From a virus (lineage: Duplodnaviria > Caudoviricetes), in IMG/VR virus record IMGVR_UViG_3300028897_000401, positions 1 through 54,900 of that record: a stretch of 54,900 bases of DNA; one strand, 5' to 3'. Position 1 is the first letter of the stretch, and each line of letters starts with the position of its first letter. The notes under the pieces were generated by a model, which worked only from the letters and a program-made list of their open reading frames with translations, was not told the DNA's origin and searched no databases. Positions 49,912-54,900 of this stretch are shown one piece after another. The position numbers were made by a program, and so were the translations under genes.

Positions 49912-50533
49912 CAGGTATCCGGATTGGGATATGATGGCAACGTTGCACCAGGCAATCTTCGTCGCCCTGCATCAAGGGTATATGGTGGATTTCCGGGTGC
50001 CGAATTTTGGTACGTCGAACATGGCGTTTGCCAGACAAAAGGAACTCGCCAGATTTCTCAAGACCGGAGCAGATTTCCTGTTTATGGTGGATGATGACGT
50101 AAGCGTGCCTAAACACACGCTTACCAGATTGGCCTCACATGACAAAGACATAGTAGGGGGGGTGGTAAGAAAAAAGCAAAAGATGTGTCAGGTGTGCGCA
50201 GATGTTGTTGGTAGCTTGGATGACAACCTGAGAAAGAAAAGGATGGTAAGGGCAAACAGTGTTGGAACTGGCTGCACGATGGTAAAAAGAGCCCTGGTTG
50301 AACGGATGATAGGGCACTTTCCGGAACTAGAGTACGATCTCAACGGCGAAACTCACTATGGGTTGTTTATGCCGATGATTGTCGACAGGCGGATAATTCT
50401 CTGCGATTACGCATTTTGCGAGCGGGCGAAAACGGTCGGGGCGGAGATATGGCTCGACCATGAGATTCTCTGTACTCATTGGGGCCGGATAGGATTTGGG
50501 TTCGGTCAAGGGGGTGAAGATGCAAGACCTTAG
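49883..50533 (+). CDS. GT-A fold glycosyltransferase-like protein
   Basis: ARQ...DFLFMVDDDV, DIVGG, VGTGCTMV and DYAFCER motifs. Confidence 0.75.
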   Translation: MRIMVSCPSNRYPDWDMMATLHQAIFVALHQGYMVDFRVPNFGTSNMAFARQKELARFLKTGADFLFMVDDDVSVPKHTLTRLASHDKDIVGGVVRKKQKMCQVCADVVGSLDDNLRKKRMVRANSVGTGCTMVKRALVERMIGHFPELEYDLNGETHYGLFMPMIVDRRIILCDYAFCERAKTVGAEIWLDHEILCTHWGRIGFGFGQGGEDARP

Positions 50534-51302
50534 TTTTTACGAAGAGTTGGAAAAGTGGGATTTCTGCGCAAAGATTTCACCGATGCTCAATAGCGGGGCC
50601 ATGTTTTTCGACCCGAAAACCAGACTGCTTACCATGACCACGGTAATCAACCCCGACACGCAGTGGATATACGTGCGGGATAATTCGGAAGAGCAGATGC
50701 GGTGTAGGTTGTGGCTTCAGATATGGCATCAATTTTTCAAGATCATCCCGGCTCACTGCATGCAGTGTTATAAGGTGGTTGTCAAGCTGGACACAGTGGA
50801 AGACCTTTTTAAAATGCAGGAAATCCAGGAGCGGATGGGACGCAGGGCAAAGTGTGGGTACGAAACGCGAGAGTATGTCGAGGGGTTGTATAGCGGGTAT
50901 TTTTACTGTCGCGGCTTGGAAGAGGGAAAACAGGTTCACGAAAAAGTATGCCACTGGCTTGATACGTTTGCGGACTTTACGACGCCGTGCGTATCCAAGA
51001 AGCCTTTGGGCGAAAGCGCTACGGCAATTCTCAAAAGAGCCTGCACCGAGATGGAGCGCGATCACGGCCCGTCGAGCAAATGGGTATTGTCGGACGATGA
51101 CAGGAAATGGTATCGGATCGTTATGGAAAGCACCGATCCGCTTATGACACTAGAGGCAAGTCAACCAAGTGTGGTTAAAAACCACGTCAAGATGCGCTGG
51201 TTAAAATTTGCATCACAACATAAAGACAAAACGGCTAGGATTTTCAACAACAACAAACCATTGCACGTTGTTGTTGAGACTTACCATGACCAGGAGGATT
51301 AA
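50520..51302 (+). CDS. hypothetical protein
   Basis: GGGGG RBS; long ORF with CxxC and LKRACTE motifs. Confidence 0.6.
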   Translation: MQDLSFYEELEKWDFCAKISPMLNSGAMFFDPKTRLLTMTTVINPDTQWIYVRDNSEEQMRCRLWLQIWHQFFKIIPAHCMQCYKVVVKLDTVEDLFKMQEIQERMGRRAKCGYETREYVEGLYSGYFYCRGLEEGKQVHEKVCHWLDTFADFTTPCVSKKPLGESATAILKRACTEMERDHGPSSKWVLSDDDRKWYRIVMESTDPLMTLEASQPSVVKNHVKMRWLKFASQHKDKTARIFNNNKPLHVVVETYHDQED

Positions 51303-51305
51303 ACG

Positions 51306-51701
51306 ATGACTCTTTTAGTACCAGATGTTGGTGAAGCAGAAATGCTCACCCGGATTTTGAAGGACGTGGAAAACAGCGTCCTGAAGCTCTACACGAACGA
51401 TCATAGTCCGGCTGAAGCCGATACGGTTTCAGCTTACTCGGAGGCAAGTGGCAACGGTTATGCCGAAAAGGTCTTAACCAAAAGTTCATGGTCGGTTGCC
51501 ACGTCGGCTGGGACAACTGAGGGCGATTATGCTCAGCAGACCTGGACGTTCACCGGAGCCTTGGGAAACGTGTATGGGTATTACATTACTAATGCCGCAG
51601 AAACTACCCTTCTGTGGGCGGAACGGTTTACGGACGGCCCATACAATATACAAAACAACGGCGACCAGATCAAAGTCACTCCTAAAATTCAGTTGGCTTA
51701 A
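51306..51701 (+). CDS. virion structural protein
   Basis: LKLYTND...EASGNGY...VYGYYI...LLWAERF pattern of small phage virion proteins. Confidence 0.6.
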   Translation: MTLLVPDVGEAEMLTRILKDVENSVLKLYTNDHSPAEADTVSAYSEASGNGYAEKVLTKSSWSVATSAGTTEGDYAQQTWTFTGALGNVYGYYITNAAETTLLWAERFTDGPYNIQNNGDQIKVTPKIQLA

Positions 51702-51764
51702 TCGGGTGTGCGCACAAATGCAGGCCGCACTCTTCGGGGTGCGGCTTGTATTTTGGAGATGCTA

Positions 51765-52108
51765 TGAAAGTGGTATTGGACTTGCCGAATTGGGTAAAGG
51801 AACGGCACATAAAAATCTTTGCCGGAATCGAATTGGTGGCCATGAAGTACGCACACGAAAATTTCTGGAAGGTAAAGGATCAGCGGTGCAACATGTGCGG
51901 TGAGTGCTGTCGTGGCTTTAAGGGCGGACAAGATCATTATTTTCCGGTTGTGGATGGCCACTGCATCCACCTTGTTCCGGAGCCAGGAACAAAGGACAAG
52001 TTCCGCTGCAACATAGCTCTGAAAAGGCCATTTCCCTGTATGTGGGACCCAAGAGGTAAAAAGGCGGAGAAGTGTTCGATAACTTACGTGGAGCAATCCG
52101 GTAAATGA
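51765..52108 (+). CDS. YkgJ-like Zn/Fe-chelating protein
   Basis: CNMCGECC...CIHL...C.I...RP..C. Confidence 0.65.
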
Positions 52109-54900
52109 AGATCGTTTGTTGTAAATGCAGCCACAAGTACGACGCCCGGTTTTATGAATGCGACAAGGTAAGTACGCCTATTGTCGAATGCCCTAATTGC
52201 GGGCTGAAACACGCGGTGGAATTTACTCCTTTCGCGAGCGAAACCGAAGACCTGAAAGAGGTCGAAGAGGTAAACCTGGGCGGCGGGCCGTACTATGCGG
52301 TTATGGGCGGCAGTCGCATTTTGAGTATCGACGGCACAACGGATCATTCGGGTTCCGATGGCGGCGATGTATCGGATTGGAGCCACGGCGATAATTTTAT
52401 TGTGGCGGTTTTAATTCATTCGGGCGGCAAAGAAACAGAGGCTTCAACGTACAAACTAAGGTGGCGCGATGCCTCTGACGAGGGAGCTTTTGCCGATCTT
52501 GCCGATACGGGTGAAATGAATTACACGGCCAGCCAAGCAAGCTGGAGCCACGGTGACGAAGTAACGTCCGCACAGAGAAAATGCACCACGGAGGGCGACA
52601 CTTGGCAGAATGGCGAAAGGGTTAAAGGACAGGTTTTAAGTGATTCGATCGATTTGCCGGATGATTACGAAACGGAAATTTGGTTCGGGATAAACCCGGC
52701 TACAGCCGACGATTTGCACGATTACGAATTTGAATTGTATTCAACGGCTCAGGGTGCTTCCTTGGGTACGTGCGGGCCAGACACGTTAACCCTGACCATG
52801 ATCGAAGCGGCCCCGGAAACGGGATACGCCTGGGGTGAAGAAAGTCCCGGTACTGGCTACAAAGCAGTATCCTGGCAGAACATGTATCCAAACCCCTCGG
52901 TAGTGGACGGCCCGGACTACGGCAAACTGGAAGTACCTGACCAATTCAGACATAGCCCGGTGAAATTGGTTGGTGGAGACAAAACGTACTCTGTCAATTT
53001 AAACAAATACGGCAGCGGATCGGGAAGTGTGGAAGCATGGGTGAGGGGGGCGGATGCAAGCTGGACGGACGTTGATACCTTGGAGGTTGCGTGCGGTAAG
53101 TATCACGCGCTCGCCATTAAAACCGACGGTACGTTGTGGGCGTGGGGTCGCAATTCTTACGGCCAACTCGGTCTGGGCGACACAACTTCCCGGTCTTCTC
53201 CGGTGCAAGTGGGATCGTTAACGAATTGGAGTCAAACATCGGACGGGTACGGTCACGCCTTAGCCATTAAAACCGATGGCACTCTGTGGGCATGGGGCCG
53301 CAACAATTACGGCCAACTCGGTTTAGGTGACACGACCGGACGGTCGTCGCCGGTACAGGTTGGATTGTTGGCGAATTGGAGTCTAATATCTAGCGGGTAC
53401 GACCACTCTCTCGCCGTAAAAACCGACGGCACGTTATGGGCCTGGGGTGCCAATACCTATGGCGAACTTGGCTTAGGCGACACAGCCCCTCGGTCTTCCC
53501 CGGTACAAGTCGGAGCACTGACAAATTGGAATCGAATTGGTGTTGGTTATTACCACTCCCTCGCCATTAAAGCCGATGGCACTCTGTGGGCATGGGGCCG
53601 GAATGACACAATGGGGCAACTCGGCCTTGGTGATACAACCAGCCGGTCATCGCCGGTACAAGTGGGAGCACTAACAAATTGGAATCGTGTTAGGTGTGGC
53701 GACTACCATACCCTCGCCATTAAAACCGACGGTACGCTTTGGGTGTGGGGCCGCAACGACAAAGGCCAACTCGGCCAGGGCGACATAACTCCCCGATCTT
53801 CTCCGGCACAGGTTGGAGCACTGACGAATTGGAGTCAGACTCCGAACACCACTGACCATACCATCGCCATTAAAACCGACGGTACGTTGTGGGCGTGGGG
53901 TTACAATGCAAGCGGCCAGCTTGGCTTGGGTGATACAACCAGCCGGTCATCGCCGGTACAAGTGGGATCGCTGGCGAATTGGAGTAAGGTTGAGTGCGGC
54001 GACTACTTCACCTTCGCCATCAAAACTGACGGCACTCTATGGGCGTGTGGCGAGAATATGTATGGCCAGCTCGGCAAGGGCGATATAATTTACCGTTCTT
54101 CTCCGGTACAGGTGTCCGGGATAAAGACGTGGGCGAATCTTCTCCGGTACTACGCTAATGTTGCGATTTGCAAAGGTGACGGCACGTTGTGGATATGGGG
54201 CCGCAACGACTACGGCCAACTCGGTCTGGGCGACATAACTCCCCGGTCTTCTCCGGTGCAAGTGGGATCGTTGGTAACGTGGCATAAAGCTGGCTCCGGC
54301 ATTTATCACTCTGTTGCTATAAAAATCGATCGTACATTGTGGGTGTGGGGTGCCAACGCATACGGCCAACTCGGTTTAGGTGACATAACTCCCCGATCTT
54401 TTCCGGCACAAGTGGGAGCAATGACGAATTGGAGTCAAGTCGCCTGCGGCGGTACTCACACCGTTGCCGTAAAAACCGATGGTACTCTATGGGCCTGGGG
54501 TGCCAATACCTATGGCCAGCTCGGTTTAGGTGACATAACTCACCGATCTTCGCCAGCACAAGTGGGAGCACTGACAAATTGGAGTCAAGTCGCCTGCGGC
54601 GGTACTCACACCGTTGCCGTAAAAACCGATGGGACACTGTGGGCGTGGGGCCGTAACAACTACGGCCAACTCGGCCAGGGGGATATAACCGATCGGTCTT
54701 CGCCAGCACAAGTGGGAGCACTGACAAATTGGAGTCAAGTCGGTTGCGGCGCTGGTCACACCCTCGCCATTAAAACCGACGGTACATTGTGGGTGTGCGG
54801 TAGTAACGACTTTGGTGAACTCGGTCAAGGCAACAGCGGCGCTGGGACCCACCGTTCGTCGCCGGTACAGGTTGGATCACTGACGAATTGGAGTCAAACA
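52105..54900 (+). CDS. RCC1-repeat protein, 3' truncated (missing from ORF track because no stop in window)
   Basis: Open frame from ATG 52105. At least 12 repeats of ~50 aa, H.LAIKTDGTLWAWG.N.YGQLGLGD...RSSPVQVG, from ~53100. Confidence 0.9.
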   Translation, partial: MKIVCCKCSHKYDARFYECDKVSTPIVECPNCGLKHAVEFTPFASETEDLKEVEEVNLGGGPYYAVMGGSRILSIDGTTDHSGSDGGDVSDWSHGDNFIVAVLIHSGGKETEASTYKLRWRDASDEGAFADLADTGEMNYTASQASWSHGDEVTSAQRKCTTEGDTWQNGERVKGQVLSDSIDLPDDYETEIWFGINPATADDLHDYEFELYSTAQGASLGTCGPDTLTLTMIEAAPETGYAWGEESPGTGYKAVSWQNMYPNPSVVDGPDYGKLEVPDQFRHSPVKLVGGDKTYSVNLNKYGSGSGSVEAWVRGADASWTDVDTLEVACGKYHALAIKTDGTLWAWGRNSYGQLGLGDTTSRSSPVQVGSLTNWSQTSDGYGHALAIKTDGTLWAWGRNNYGQLGLGDTTGRSSPVQVGLLANWSLISSGYDHSLAVKTDGTLWAWGANTYGELGLGDTAPRSSPVQVGALTNWNRIGVGYYHSLAIKADGTLWAWGRNDTMGQLGLGDTTSRSSPVQVGALTNWNRVRCGDYHTLAIKTDGTLWVWGRNDKGQLGQGDITPRSSPAQVGALTNWSQTPNTTDHTIAIKTDGTLWAWGYNASGQLGLGDTTSRSSPVQVGSLANWSKVECGDYFTFAIKTDGTLWACGENMYGQLGKGDIIYRSSPVQVSGIKTWANLLRYYANVAICKGDGTLWIWGRNDYGQLGLGDITPRSSPVQVGSLVTWHKAGSGIYHSVAIKIDRTLWVWGANAYGQLGLGDITPRSFPAQVGAMTNWSQVACGGTHTVAVKTDGTLWAWGANTYGQLGLGDITHRSSPAQVGALTNWSQVACGGTHTVAVKTDGTLWAWGRNNYGQLGQGDITDRSSPAQVGALTNWSQVGCGAGHTLAIKTDGTLWVCGSNDFGELGQGNSGAGTHRSSPVQVGSLTNWSQT

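Noticed and set aside
53100-54900. Diversity-generating retroelement TR/VR pair
   Set aside because: All repeats are in-frame within one CDS, differences are not adenine-specific, and no reverse transcriptase is present in the window.

Overview
The window is a ~55 kb segment of a temperate tailed-phage genome with no host genes visible. Gene order is: tail fibre end and lysis genes; phosphoesterase and nucleotide-metabolism genes; a sigma54-type control region with structured non-coding RNA candidates; many small early genes (DUF1257/DUF2997/AAA ATPase module, tRNA-His); large serine integrase with a divergent repressor pair; recombination and replication genes (Cas4-like nuclease, initiator, DnaB, RuvC); a nucleotide-sugar/glycosyltransferase cluster; ParB-like protein; terminase; a portal-MuF-toxin-like fusion; and an RCC1-repeat protein that runs off the end. 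The main finding is an RNA-guide system of the TIGR-Tas type. It comprises a nuclease-less Nop/IS110-like protein (TasA-like, 28925-29806) and a 27-unit, ~36-nt dual-repeat array (35498-36478) lying 5.7 kb away. Solo guide units also occur elsewhere (38489-38524, a stem-closed snoRNA-like unit near 13423-13506, and possibly 15737-15774). Also notable are an over-represented dispersed motif GTGTGCGCA, two sigma54 promoters and a long G-U-rich RNA helix at 6091-6350. All family assignments come from motif recognition by eye; no database searches were run.
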